A DNA stretch of 64,000 bases from Eledone cirrhosa. Lineage: Eukaryota. Every line of letters starts with the position of its first letter. Positions within the stretch are counted from its first letter, which is position 1. Made by a program: the position numbers and the translations under genes. Positions 13,333 to 26,494 of this stretch are shown piece after piece. Below the pieces are notes generated by a model. That model did not search any database. It was not told the origin of the DNA and was given only the letters and a program-made list of their open reading frames with translations. The stretch covers positions 273,606,001 through 273,670,000 of the forward strand of contig OZ024742.1 of the NCBI GenBank assembly GCA_964016885.1. Direction: 5' to 3'.

Positions 13333-13967
13333 CTTTCATGTGTATGTATGTACGTATGCATGCGCTTTTGCCTGTACGTATTCATATATATATATTGTTA
13401 TATGTATATGTGATACGTGCGAACCTATGTTTGTTTTCTTTTTCTCTAGTGTTAATTTATAATTGATAACCCCTCCCTCTTACTTTCTCGTTGATTTAAA
13501 CAAAATTTTTTTTTTCTTTCTCATATATTGTTTCATTTTTATATGTATCGAATATGACACTCTTTTTGACTATTACACTCCCTTCCCTTTTTATCTTCCG
13601 CATATAAATGATCGCGCGCGTGTGTGTGTTTATACGCGTGCTTTCATACTTGTATGTGTATATATTTAATATCTATATCTGGATGTACATTATCTTACAA
13701 TTTCTTTTTCAACTTATATTATATACGTATTTGTGGTCACACATACACTATTATGCTTGCCCTCATATATGTACATACGCACACATTTTTACTATACACA
13801 TGCATTCGTACATACACACATATGTACATTTGTGAGTGAATATATACACATTTATACACATACCCTAACTATATTTGCTTATTTTTATATATCTCTTGCT
13901 TTATTTTTTTGCCCGTAAAACTCTTGCCTTTTTTGAGGAGATTTTTCAAATATTTCACTATGTTTTA

Positions 13968-14045
13968 AATTGCTTTGTCCGACGAACAAATGAGGACGTT
14001 TTTCGTATTCGTCTTATTCGGGAAACCTCTGGTAATGAGGTAATT
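13968..14045 (+). ncRNA. Type-I hammerhead motif in 3' pLTR (core CCGACGA, U4C)
   Basis: Second copy of 10354-10431 with the same core. Confidence 0.7.
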
Positions 14046-14205
14046 ATATTGTATTGTTTATTATACATTAAATTTAGCTCTGGTATTTACATAGAGCACT
14101 CTTCACTCCTATGTGAATTAGCCGTCGAAACGGCTTGAGCTCAGCCGTCGGGGTCTTACTTGTTCCTATATATACATATATATATATACATATATAGATA
14201 TATAT

Positions 14206-14350
14206 AACTGTTTCTACTTTTGGCACAAGGCAACCAATTATACCAGTGTATTACTGGCACTTTATTTTATCGACCGCGTAAGGAGAAAATCAAATTTAAC
14301 CTCGGCGGGATTTGAACTCAGTCCGTAAAGGGACGTAACTGTGCTGCAAA
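14206..14350 (-). mobile_element. tRNA-derived SINE with Nin-type core, 5'-truncated
   Basis: Homologous to the copies at 24590, 26878, 31437, 45171 and 61596; B-box GAGTTCAAATCC on the minus strand. Confidence 0.85.
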
Positions 14351-14639
14351 TATATAATATATATATAATATATATGTGCGTGTGTGTGTGTGTGTGTGCG
14401 TGCGTGTGTGTCAGCACACAAAACACAAAAATATTCCTGGGGAGAGAATATTTTGTTTCTCTGTATTCATAGCCCATTATTAGAAAATATGTTTTTACCT
14501 TGATAAATTATTAAATATAATGGGTGAAATTATAACTTTCTTTCGTTTTGTCATATATTTGTTATATTTCTAAAGGCAATGTACCGGCTTACCATGCGCA
14601 ATACCTTTTATCACATATATTACAATGGTTCATATAACA

Positions 14640-17278
14640 TTGTCCCGGGCAAAACACGTACCGTGGTACCTCTCATGATCTCACCTATGCGGTATATAGT
14701 TTTAGTGTCTAGGATCATCGTTTCAAATCCTTGAATCTACCGACTTCTTTGGTAGCATCAAGCAGTTACCCCCGGCCTAATAAAAAGCACCGGCTCGGAT
14801 AAATGTTTTTGTGCAAGAGGCTTGGAGAACGACTTAATGAAATATTATCAACATCACCAGTACCCAACTATGTCCGCCCCAGCCTGCTGGGCGACAACAG
14901 ATGAACCCTTGTTGTAAAGGCTGCGGTCTAGTCAGCGTACACTATATTTCATCTAAAAATTGTTCTGCGCAGGCTCAAAGGAGGTATCCGTATTCCTGGA
15001 GCGCTAGGAAAGGGGCAAAAGAAGCAAGTGTAATATGGTTCTAAAATCCGCATTCCAAATCCTGCATGCAGACTGTTCAACGATTCGGACGACATCATTT
15101 GACAAAACTTGAATGTCCAAGCATCTTTTACTAAGGACAGAATCATTTGCACTGTATGGAGAGGGTACAAGAAAAGGTGGCCTAAGCAAAGCTCGTCTCC
15201 TACACCCACTCATTTTTAAATAGCCAAAAATAAGGAAGGAACGGTACACAGCCACCTGCTAGGGTGTGAATGGTCTAAAAACAGTATGCTGGAAAATCAG
15301 AACTATGTTAAACACAGTTGATAACAGCCATCCGGTCCGTCGATCTGCTCTAATTGCACACAAGCTGTCAAGACTGAATGTTAACATCGCTGCTAAATTA
15401 TGTCTGCTTTCCCGTGGAAGGCACCCTATATAAGCATGGCACCGTATACACCCTCTACTAATAAGGTAAACCAGCAGTAGAATAATACCTCAGGAACTCA
15501 ATCGCTTCCAAGCTTGAAGACCTGCTATCAGATCACTCTGGTGGCATCAACTCAGTGCGCTTCCATCTGAGTAATCAACAATATTCCACATTCTTCAGTG
15601 CGGAATGTTTCACCGACCATCATCAGGTACGCTGCAAACTCAGGGTTTTAAGAAAGCTGCATTTCGCCTCGCATACAGTAGCTTCAAGCGTAAGAACGGT
15701 ATATGGCCCTATATATCATGTCCAGTGACATTTATAGTGTGCAGACGACCACGCAATCCTCAGTGACCGAACGCCTAACTTAAGTTATTGGTCAGAATAT
15801 TTGCAGCCCCTTTTCAGCGTGAACCGCACTGTCCAGATTGGAGGTGGCATGCAGCAGAATTTGATGGAATTCCACCGGATATATGGGAGCAAGTCTTCCC
15901 AACACTACACGCGAAACTTCCCTAGATCTTCGTATGTCACTAGGAGCAGGGCTATCTGCCACATGATACCCACTTTGCAGTCATCATCTCCCTGTACAGA
16001 ATCAATGGGGAAAATTCTACGACACAAATTACTGGGGATTACTCTGCTCACTGATGCGAGAAAAACCTTCGCATGGATGATGCCAAACAGTCTGTTGCAT
16101 ACCTTTGAAGAACAATCCCTAGGGAGCCAGTGTTCCTTCAGAATCAAGAGTTGTTAAACAGACATGGTGTCTGTTCTAAGGCAGTTCCAACGGAATGACG
16201 AGAGCAAAATAAAGGACTGAATGTGGCGTCCATTGACTTGACTAAAGAATTCGATACAATCATCAGAAAAGAAATATCGCAAGAAATGGACCGATTCCGC
16301 TCTCCTCCAAAATTACTAATCATCGACATCCACCTACACGTAGACCAGCGTTGCCAAGTGAAACTCAGCTGTAACATCTCGGAAGCCTTTACGATCATAA
16401 ATGGATTGAAATATGTATGCGTCCATGCACCGACTATTATCACCATCTTTTTCAGCATGATGCTCAAGTAGGTCACAGAGGTTCTTGATGATGAGGACGG
16501 AGTCTATATATGTTACTGTCTTGATGGCAGCCCTCATAATCTTTGTCGACTACAGGCCCACAGCAACATCCTGGAGCAACTGATTTAAGACTACTTTATT
16601 ACTGACGATGTTGCTCTTGTTTCCCACACAGAAAGAGACTTTCTGCGCATCACTTCATGCTTTGTAGAAGCTGCCCGGTTCTTTGGGCTGAAAATCAGCT
16701 TAAAGAATACGGACGTACTTTATCAGCCTGCACCTCAGGAACCTTCAGCTCTCTGCATCCACACTATCCTCAACATCCACTGGAGTAACTTTATCTCTAA
16801 TATTGAAGTAATTAAACGGACGGAGGTCACCAACGTCGAGGTCACGCTACTGAAACCCAACTATGCTGGACAGAGAACGTCTCCAGGTTAATTACGTTGT
16901 ACAGTACATTATCCACTCTGCCATTATGGCAGGGGATCCAAAGGATGAGATACAAGGACTATTTTAAAGAGTCCCTCGTTGCCTCTCATATCGACCATCA
17001 CCAGTGGTCTAACCAAGATGAAAACCATGACCCATGGCGTCTCAACATCATGCAGGTTGTCTCTTCCTTCGAAAAAGACCTGGCAGAGATCTCCTAAACG
17101 ATAAACAGCACAGGAGGAAGAACCACAACACCAAGTCATTAAACCCTGACCACACCTTCAGTTGCAGCCGCTGCGGCTGTGCCTGCCTTTCACCCATTAG
17201 CCTAAACAGACACAAGTTTGCCTGCAATCTACGTGGACCATTCTCTTCATAATCTTCATTCCTGAAACCAAGAGATTA
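14640..17278 (+). mobile_element. Decayed RTE (BovB-like) LINE
   Basis: APE N-terminus (CWKIRTML..RRSALIAHKLSRLNVNIAA), RT pieces (QCSFR, IDLTKEFDTI, TDDVAL), RYKDYFKESL, and a C-terminal CSRC..H..C knuckle. Many stops; the 5' boundary is approximate. Confidence 0.85.
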
Positions 17279-17786
17279 TGGTAAATATATATATACGTGC
17301 CTCCATGTATGCATGAAAGCATTTGTGCAAGCGTGTACGCTTGCGTTTATGCACTTTTGCATGTGGTTATGTAGTATGTAAATATGTATGTATGTTGTAT
17401 TTATATATGTGCGTATGTATGTATGTGTGTATGTATGTTGGTTTCGTGAATGTATAAGTGTGTAAATGTGTGTTAGTGTATATAGTTGACGATATATCTG
17501 AAAACATTGCAATACAAGCTTCAATTTATTGGTAAATATGCCTGCAACAATAACTGTATCAGCGATACGTCAAATTGGCAAATTAATAAGAATTCATATC
17601 AATTAAATAACTCTTCGTGTTCTACCATATCAAAGCTAAATTAATGAATAACATGAAATGTTTTAAATTCCATTAGCATAGGAATAATTGTTTTAAATTA
17701 AAATATGAAAATAAAAAATATGAAAATATTATGCTTGTTACTATTTACTACCATAAAGCTATTATTTTGTCAAGTATGCAAGAAAG

Positions 17787-17789
<3 letters not shown>

Positions 17790-17865
<76 letters not shown>

Positions 17866-17960
17866 TATATATATATCTCTATATATATCTATACATCTAT
17901 AAATATATATATATATATATATATATAAATATATATATCTATCTATATATCTATATATAT

Positions 17961-17996
<36 letters not shown>

Positions 17997-18076
17997 CTCT
18001 ATATATATCTATACATCTATAAATATATATATATATATATATATAAATATATCTATATATCTATATATCTATATAT

Positions 18077-18151
<75 letters not shown>

Positions 18152-18220
18152 TACAAATATATATATATATATAAATATACAAATATATATATATATATAA
18201 ATATACAAATAAATATACAA
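17790..18220. repeat. Long imperfect (TA)n microsatellite, representative of many such tracts in the window
   Basis: Direct reading; such tracts are the source of the spurious YI/IY ORFs. Confidence 0.95.
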
Positions 18221-18591
18221 ATACGAATAAGTAAGGAAAATATGTTCATTCAAAAATATTCCTACTAAATGAATGATTTTCCTACACACACACACACACA
18301 CACAATATATATATTTATATATATATATATTCTCTTCATCTTAACATGCTAACCATACTCACACACACATAACACCCATACACACACATAACAATCCCCA
18401 CACCCACAACTCCCTCCCCCATTTCTACTAATAGAACAACTTTCCTACACACATATATACACACACACAAAATATATATTCTCTCCATCTTAACATACTC
18501 GCACACACACACATAACACCCATATACACACACACACACAACTCCCTCCCCCATTTCTACTAATAGAATCATCTTCCAATACACACACACA

Positions 18592-18609
<18 letters not shown>

Positions 18610-18624
<15 letters not shown>

Positions 18625-19260
18625 GCACACAAATAAACACACATATCTTTACTTCAATAGAAAATCTGAACTCTGACACCCCAGCGAACTATCCATATTC
18701 ACTGAACCAGAACAATTCTCCCAATCCCATTTCTCTTGACCACTATCTTTCCCTTGTCATAACATTCTCTAAAAAGGCTACAGAATAGATTTCCAAATAA
18801 GGGCGCAAAAATGTAATGAAAACTTGTTCACGTGACAGCCACATTTCATTTATAACCAATCAAATCACGTTTATTAAAAAAAAGCCTTCGTAAGCCACCT
18901 TTTTTAAGTAAAGAAATTCAAACACACACAAAACACACACACACGCACACACGAACACACACAAGCACACAAATAAACATACATATCTTTACTGTCTTTT
19001 TTAAATAGAAAATCTGAATTCTGACACCCCAGCGAACTAACCATATTCACTGAACCAGAACAATTCTCCCATCCCTTTCTCTTGACCATTATCTTTCAGT
19101 TATCATAAAATTCTCTAAAAAGGCTACAGAATGGATTTCCAAATAAGGGCACGAAAATTTAATGAAAACTTGTTCACGTGGCAGCAATAATTTCATTTAT
19201 AACCAACCCCAAAAAAGCCTTCGTGAGCCCCTTTTTTCAAGTAAAAAGAAATTCAAACAC
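18610..19260. repeat. Tandem direct duplication, ~330-bp unit
   Basis: CACACAAGCACACAAATAAAC..AATAGAAAATCTGAA..CTGACACCCCAGCGAACTA..TTGTTCACGTG..GCCTTCGT occurs at ~18620-18900 and ~18960-19230. Confidence 0.85.
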
Positions 19261-19641
19261 TCATATATGAAAAAACAACCTGTGACAACCTCCCCCCCCC
19301 CTCTTATTTGAAGAACTATTGTAACGCGAACTGGCGCGAAATTTATTATAATTATTGACAAACCAATCAAATTACTTCTCGAAAAACCTGGCATTTCGAG
19401 CCACTTTTTCCATATAAAACAAGTAACATTCAGAGACCAACCAGATGTGAGAAAAACCACAGACCCTCCATCTCAACTCACCATTTGAAAAGCAGAAGAC
19501 TGCGAAACCGGTAAAGGAACCAAATAAATATATATATATTTTTTTTAAATAAGACTCCAGTTGCATTTTCGATTTCATCACTTTTTTTTTATACTTTCAC
19601 TCGGTTATTTTTCAATTTGTAAAAAAAAACCTCACTTTCTA

Positions 19642-19749
<108 letters not shown>

Positions 19750-19771
19750 ATATTTATAGATATATATTTAT

Positions 19772-19890
<119 letters not shown>

Positions 19891-19988
19891 TAAATGAAGT
19901 AATTCCGTCAGAAAGGTCCAGGAAAAAAGAGTGCTCTATGTACGTTACAGAGCTTAATAGTTATGTAATAAACAACATAAGATAATTA

Positions 19989-20049
19989 TTTCATTTACCA
20001 GTGGTTTCTTGAAAGCCAACAAAATGTGCATTCAATCATCAGAATGAAA
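19989..20049 (-). ncRNA. Minimal type-I hammerhead ribozyme (pLTR related to the 9.7-14.1 kb element)
   Basis: Minus strand TTTCATT-CTGATGA-TTGAA..TTCAA-GAAA-CCACTGG-TA-AATGAAA. Downstream ACATAGAGCACTCTT is shared with the pLTR at ~10475. Confidence 0.85.
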
Positions 20050-20227
20050 AAATCCTGGGGTATTTATTGACAGTGGATTTTCAAAACAAAAATATAATCT
20101 ATATGAAAGTGAGGCTGGAAAAGGAAGAAGGAAAGGAAAAAGAATAAATATAAAAGTAGATAAACACACATGCACACAGACACACTCACACACACACACA
20201 AATGCGCACACACACATATACATACAT

Positions 20228-20264
<37 letters not shown>

Positions 20265-20724
20265 TACACACATAATCATACATATATACACACGTACATA
20301 CACACACATACATACACACATATATACACGCATACATACGCACACATATATATAGATATATGTACATACACCTACATACGCACACACACAATTAATTATG
20401 AGCAAAAAAAGAAAAAAACAATGAACAACCATATAATGTACTAGGCCGTCACATAAAAAAAATATATATTTCTCAAGAAAATAAAAATTATTATAAAGTT
20501 GACAGCGATACAGGAAAGGACACAAATAAATAAACAAACACACGTGATAAGCAATACACGCATTTACATATACACATACATACATATAAATATATACATA
20601 CACACACACATACACACACATATACATATATATATAGTGAAAAATGGATCGGGATCAAAACAGAGAGGCAGTACGAACAAAGGTTTATTAGTTTCACGCT
20701 TTTGAGAGTGCGGTGGTGGTGGGG

Positions 20725-20754
20725 AACGACGTTTCGGGCATAAACCCTTCTTCG
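20725..20754 (-). ncRNA. Hammerhead core of Penelope pLTR type, helix I not evident
   Basis: Minus strand CCGAAGA-A-GGGT-ttat-GCCC-GAAA-CGTCG-TT, with AATAAA downstream. Confidence 0.5.
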
Positions 20755-21212
20755 GGCGAAAAGTGTGTGGGAAGAGAGTTCGAACCGTGTGTAGGGGAGT
20801 GGGGGAGAGACATTTAGAAAAAGGGGGTGAGAGGAAACGGCGGAAGGGGTACAAATGAAAATAAATATGAAGAAAAATAAATAAATAAAAAATAAACATG
20901 AAGAAAAACAATTGGTGGAAGGGTGTGAGGCATCTAGGAGCGGTGGCGGGTGGAGTGAGGAGAGGGAGGCAGTGTGTCCGAGTGGGGATGGCTAAAGCTG
21001 ATGTGTGTGTGTAGGTGTACGTGTGTGTGTGTGAAGGGTGTGAGTGGAGCGGGGAGAGGGAGAGAGGTGTGGGGGCAGTGGAGGGAGTGTGGTGTACTGG
21101 TGTGTGTGTGCGTGCTTGGATTAGTGTGTGTGTGTGGTGAAGGGGGTGTTAGTCGGTGTTAGAATACTGGTGGTGGGGAAAGGGATGAATGCGAGTGTGT
21201 TAGTGGGGGTCA

Positions 21213-21257
<45 letters not shown>

Positions 21258-21258
21258 T

Positions 21259-21351
<93 letters not shown>

Positions 21352-21385
21352 AATATACACGGGTGTGTATGATTGAGTATAGAAG

Positions 21386-21675
21386 ATTCCAACTTTGTCT
21401 GATTTACTCGTTTTATTTACAATCCTTTAAAATATATAATGGTATTATAATGAAATAGTATGATAGAATATTAAATTCTAAGTGTTAATTGAACAAGTTG
21501 AAAATTGCAAACTCGACTGACACCACATTTTATGAACCTGAAGATTGCGAAAGCATGAAAGTACTTGTTCAATTAACACTTAGAATGTAATATTCTATCA
21601 TACTATTTCATTATAATACCATTATATATTTTAAAGGATTGTAAATAAAACGAGTAAATCAGACAAAGTTGGAAT
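21386..21675. repeat. Fold-back element, 113-bp arms with a hammerhead in the spacer
   Basis: 21386-21498 is the reverse complement of 21563-21675 with one mismatch seen. Confidence 0.92.
21533..21571 (+). ncRNA. Minimal type-I hammerhead ribozyme (39 nt)
   Basis: TGAAC-CTGAAGA-T-TGC-gaaa-GCA-T-GAAA-GTAC-TT-GTTCA; helix III is the palindrome AAGTACTT. Confidence 0.85.
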
Positions 21676-21686
21676 TCCTCTTATTA

Positions 21687-21746
<60 letters not shown>

Positions 21747-22060
21747 TAAAACATGTCTATAGAATCACTAGATAAAATACATACCATTTCCTCTCCCAAT
21801 TAGCATAATTAACTATATAAAAAATCAATAGACCAGGCTATAAGATTAAGGCTTCTATGAAGAAATCTCCAACAAATAACCGAAACTAGCACTTCGCGTC
21901 GGCCGCAACAGAATATTTATCGAATATTTCGACAGCGTAATTGCCCAGATACAGTCAATTAAACAGAATTATGTGTAAAACATATATAGCTCTGATTATT
22001 TAATTCATTAACTTTTCATTGAGCCACAATGTGACCCGTTGCAAAAAACGTATATGTATG

Positions 22061-22099
<39 letters not shown>

Positions 22100-22390
22100 T
22101 TTTATATGTATTAATCTCCCATTAGGTTGAGATACAAATTTGGCTGTATTGTGCTGTGCTTTCTAGCAAAAAGCCACCAGCCGTAAGCAAACTACTACAC
22201 CCCTTCCAACCTGACCGCTGCTACGTCACGATTCTTAGCCATTTTGAATGAATTCTTGGCGCGATCACTTTGGAAAATTTATTGTCTGGAAATCTCCTGA
22301 AGAGTCCGATGCTCGAGTTACAAAGTTATTGGAAATTTCAAAAGTTATTGGAAATTTCAAAAGACGTTCAATCATCTGGCAGGAAGGTAT

Positions 22391-22433
22391 ACGTTGCTGA
22401 AGATAGCTAATAAGCTTGAAACTAGTATAGCGT
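22391..22433 (+). ncRNA. Minimal type-I hammerhead ribozyme (same family as 35964)
   Basis: ACGTTG-CTGAAGA-T-AGCT-aata-AGCT-T-GAAA-CTAG-TA-TAGCGT. The region 22360-22640 is homologous to 35935-36220. Confidence 0.8.
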
Positions 22434-22644
22434 TCCTTTGTCAGGGTTGAACAAATGCGCACCGATGGTTGCTAGACACTGTACGGCCTTATTCGGAATG
22501 TTTTTTTTACAAACACACCAAGCATTATAATAAATGTTCAGTGAATCCATACGTACATATATATATGTGTGCATGTATGTATATATATATACATACTACT
22601 GTACGTCTGTATACATATATGTATATACGTATACATACTTATAT

Positions 22645-22678
<34 letters not shown>

Positions 22679-22865
22679 GTAGATAAATCTACCAAGAGTT
22701 TACGGTAGTGTCCAATCCGTATGAAGAACTCAATGTATTCCGGATATCATGGAAAGAAGAGATGTAATGAAAAACCACTTTCGGTGAAAGATAAACGGTA
22801 TACAGAGTCAAGATAAAATATTAAACAAATAATGAATAAACAATTCCTTATATTAAACAAAAAAA

Positions 22866-22964
22866 GTTCATTATTTAACGATCGTTTCTAGGATATATAT
22901 GTGTTATAATTGGTATGCATATTCAACAGATCTATGTACAAAATTATCATACCAATTATAACAC

Positions 22965-22968
<4 letters not shown>
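22866..22968 (-). ncRNA. 3' half of the extended-helix-II hammerhead family of 8827
   Basis: Minus strand GAAA-CGATCG-TT-AAATAATGA plus the long stem TGTGTTATAATTGGTATG/CATACCAATTATAACACA. The CUGANGA side is replaced by a (TA)n tract. Confidence 0.55.
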
Positions 22969-23047
<79 letters not shown>

Positions 23048-23514
23048 CACATACACACACACACATATATACAAAAAGTTACGTCACCACATTAATAAAA
23101 ATACACAGACACATATAAACACACACACACACATATATATATATATGTATATATACATATACACATACATATACATACAGATATATATAATTATTTACAC
23201 ATATAGATATACACACATATATATATATATATACATATATGCACATATACACAACACATACATACACACAGAAATAAATATCTATAAATAAAAAGTATGG
23301 GTATGTAAAGGGTAAGGTAGAAAGTAGGAGGGAATAAGGAAAATAAATAACATAGGGAAAAGCTTAAATATAAGGGGAGATAAGGGAGAAAAAGTATATA
23401 AGGGTACAGAAAGTGAGTTCAGAAAGTAATAAAAATCGTAGTGGATGTAAGGCGTAAAGAGCAGAGAAGAAGTTCAAGGTGTTTGAGTCATCGTAGGAAT
23501 GTCAATCCAGTTAC

Positions 23515-23690
23515 AGTGCAGATGTGATTTCAGGTGAGGACAACATCTTGGAGTTCAGGCAAGCTGAAGTGGCTTTCAAGTTTGGTAGAATTTTAAATTT
23601 TTCAGTGGTACACAAATATCAATTCTTTGTGCATCTTTCGTATTCCCTCGAATGGTCTAAAATAGACCAATCGATAGAGTACGGGATGTT
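23515..23690 (-). pseudogene. PLE endonuclease C-terminal fragment, inverted relative to the adjoining pLTR-like sequence
   Basis: YSIDWSILDHSREYERCTKN*YLCTTEKFKIL..CLNSK..CPHLKSH matches the end of the 12254-12715 ORF. 23700-23880 is the inverse of ~20310-20495. Confidence 0.8.
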
Positions 23691-23864
23691 TCGCTGTCAA
23701 CATTATAATAATTTTTATTTTTATGTAACGGTCTATTGTATTATATGGTTGTTCATTGTTTTTTATTTTTTTAATAATTAATTGTGCGTGTGCGTATGTA
23801 GGTGTGTGTACATATATCTATATATGTGTGTGCGTATGTATGCGTGCATATATATGGGTATGTA

Positions 23865-23914
<50 letters not shown>

Positions 23915-23947
23915 GGGGTGTGTGTTTGTGTATTTATGTGTATGTAT

Positions 23948-24013
<66 letters not shown>

Positions 24014-24036
24014 TAACGCTGGTTATAAGCTTATAA

Positions 24037-24078
<42 letters not shown>

Positions 24079-24147
24079 TATGAAGAGAGAAGAAACATTT
24101 AGATATAATTAGTAATAAAATGTATCATACCTAAACTGTTCCTAAAT

Positions 24148-24235
24148 TCCTCGACTACGTAGTTTCGTGGCATAAACAAAAACAATATATCAAAGATATA
24201 GAGTCCTTGCGAGGTCTGCCGACTTATCAAGAGGA
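24148..24235 (-). ncRNA. Type-I hammerhead ribozyme, U3:A8 core variant
   Basis: Minus strand TCCTC-TTGATAA-GT(C)GGCA..TGCCAC-GAAA-CTACGTAG-TC-GAGGA; helix III palindrome ACTACGTAGT, GUC site. Confidence 0.75.
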
Positions 24236-24589
24236 TACCTCATTTTACTAGTCTCAAGAACGCGTCTACACGACGTGAGAAAGAATCCCAAAAGGCGGAG
24301 GGGGAGACAGTCACGCGATATAACGGTCGAGAAACAGAGCTAAGCCTCTTATAACCACGAAGAAAATACCACGGAGGCGGAGGGGGTATTCATATCGAGG
24401 CCGTAGAAGAGGTAGTGAAGAAGGCGAGAAGTATGAGTAATGGAAGCTTTCCAGTTGTCCCCACACTTCAAAGATTGCTCGACCAGAGGGAGTTATTAAT
24501 ATATTTAGAAACACACAGATACATGCGGACACACACATATATACATGAATGCATCCACAATATATATATATTTTATTTAGGTTATTCAA

Positions 24590-24776
24590 GGGCGGTGGAG
24601 TGGTAGTAATGGTAGAGGGTCGGACGCCATGCTTTGACGCATATAGTTACGGCCCTTGCCATTCTGATTTCAAATCCCGCCGAGGTTAACTGTGCCTTTC
24701 ATCCTTACCGGGTCGAAAAAATAAAATACCAGTAATGGACTGGCTAATTGCTGGCCTTGTGCCAAACGTAATAAAC
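24590..24776 (+). mobile_element. tRNA-derived SINE with Nin-type core
   Basis: GGCGGTGGAGTGGTAG head, TTCAAATCCCGCCGAGG B-box region, GCCTTTCATCCTT..GGGTCGA..AAATA..ACCAG core. Confidence 0.85.
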
Positions 24777-25289
24777 GTTTCTGAAGCAATTTTTCTCAAT
24801 ATAATCATACTTGATTCACTCTACATAAAATATTATTGATGCCTCAGCAGTTTACGATGAAATGTTACCTACTGCACATTGTTTGAATTTAGCTTGAATG
24901 CGCAGTAAATTTGTATTTTAGATGATATATGTTTGATTATTTAGGGCAAAGAAAATCTTTTTAAATTATTTAAATTAGCTTTTAATATATTTGTTAGAAT
25001 GAATATATCTTGGAAATATATGTAATTGCAACATAATGAATTGCTAAACGAAATTTCATAAAAAGTAACTATACGAATTGTGTATAACGTAGCCTTCAAT
25101 AATATATTTTTAGCGTTCAATATATATTAATGTAATTGCGAATATTTTCCCAAGAGATTTCAAATAATATGCTTGAAATAATGATTTCATTATTTCTACT
25201 AATATCAAACAACGTTGGGGCATTGTACTTAAGTAATTGAGTCGGCCATATGGTTTCAAGTAACTAGATAGGACTAAAATGCGGAATAT

Positions 25290-26460
25290 ATATATATGGC
25301 CCGAAGACAGGAAAATCCGAAAATAATCAACCTCATCTAAAAACACAATCAAATAGATATCCTAAACAAAGGATTACAATTTACGCTAACACATCAAACA
25401 TCAAATATATCAGAAATTAAATATGATATCTTGGACTTCTGTAGAAGACACAAACTAGTGGAACACTTTGACGGAGAAGATAGTGACAAATCTCTCGTAA
25501 AAGCGAAAATTATTCCGACCCCCAAGAGGCAGAAATGCAGCTCTGACTGAAATATGTGACCACATCTCAAACATGCCAATTGAAATCCTGGAAGCGCCAC
25601 AAAGTCAAAGATCAGCAGACAACAATAGAAACAACTAAACGACCTAAAACTGGATAAATATATTGTTATAAGAGACTGCTGACAGAGGAGGCGCAGTTGA
25701 TATTATTGAGGCAAACCATTACAAAAATATGATACAGAAAATACTACGAGACAATACGTACTATAAAGAAGACAAGGAATACAAACGTCATGAGGTGCTG
25801 AAAAAACTCCCTGAATTACTACACCCATACCGAAGCTGTTTAACAGACAAGGAATTTGAATATCTCACAAATTTCAGAAGTAAAACAAGTAAGTTGTATG
25901 TTTTGCCTTAAATGCACAAACATAAACGAATTAATGAAACATGCAATATGATTAAACAAACTGTGTAAATATACCCACATCAAGTGACTTCAAACTAAGA
26001 CTCATCATAGCTGGTCCAATCTGGGACACACATCGCCTATGTAACTTCCTTGACATCTTATTAAAACTTCTCATCAAACACGTCCGTAGTTTCATACAAG
26101 ATGACCTAGATTTTACCAGTTATCTACCAAATACAGTAAAGTAAGATATTTACATGGTTTCATTTGATGTTTTGAATATATACGGAATCGAAGCATAAAC
26201 TCTAATATCTGATTCACTATGGAATTTAGCAATGAAAAACTCCTTTTCTTAGACGTATTAATACAAAATAGAAAGACAAAATTAGAAACTGACATTTTCT
26301 TCGAACCCATCAGCTTCCGACAGAACCCCCTCTTCACATATGCTAATCTAGCTCATACACGCACTAACATTCCACTTAACCTTGCTAAAATAATCTGCAC
26401 AATAGTTTCAGACTCAAGAACAATGGAAACAGACTAAAGGAAATGAAAGATATACTCATC
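25290..26460 (+). pseudogene. Decayed PLE RT of a different family
   Basis: ILNKGLQF, ADRGGAV, KLYVLP..MHK, LRLIIAGP, FTMEFSNEKLLFLDVLI, NIPLNLAKIICTIVS. Confidence 0.85.
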
Positions 26461-26494
26461 TATTGCTAATTATATATACTCATCTATAGTATAA

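Larger units (their letters stand above)
9699..14110 (+). mobile_element. Near full-length Penelope-like retroelement with direct pseudo-LTRs
   Basis: ~800-bp direct repeats 9699-10496 and 13288-14110 flank a single disrupted RT plus GIY-YIG ORF. Each repeat has a hammerhead motif, and the flanks are (TA)-rich. Confidence 0.93.

Noticed and set aside
23619-23621. In-frame TGA at the first Cys of a CxxC motif (a similar case at ~56387), suggesting selenocysteine as described for Naiad PLEs
   Set aside because: Both lie in heavily decayed fragments, TGY to TGA is a single mutation, no SECIS-like hairpin was seen, and these elements have C-terminal rather than N-terminal endonucleases.
24590-24690. 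tRNA gene
   Set aside because: A/B-box-like head of a SINE; no cloverleaf, and it continues into the SINE core.
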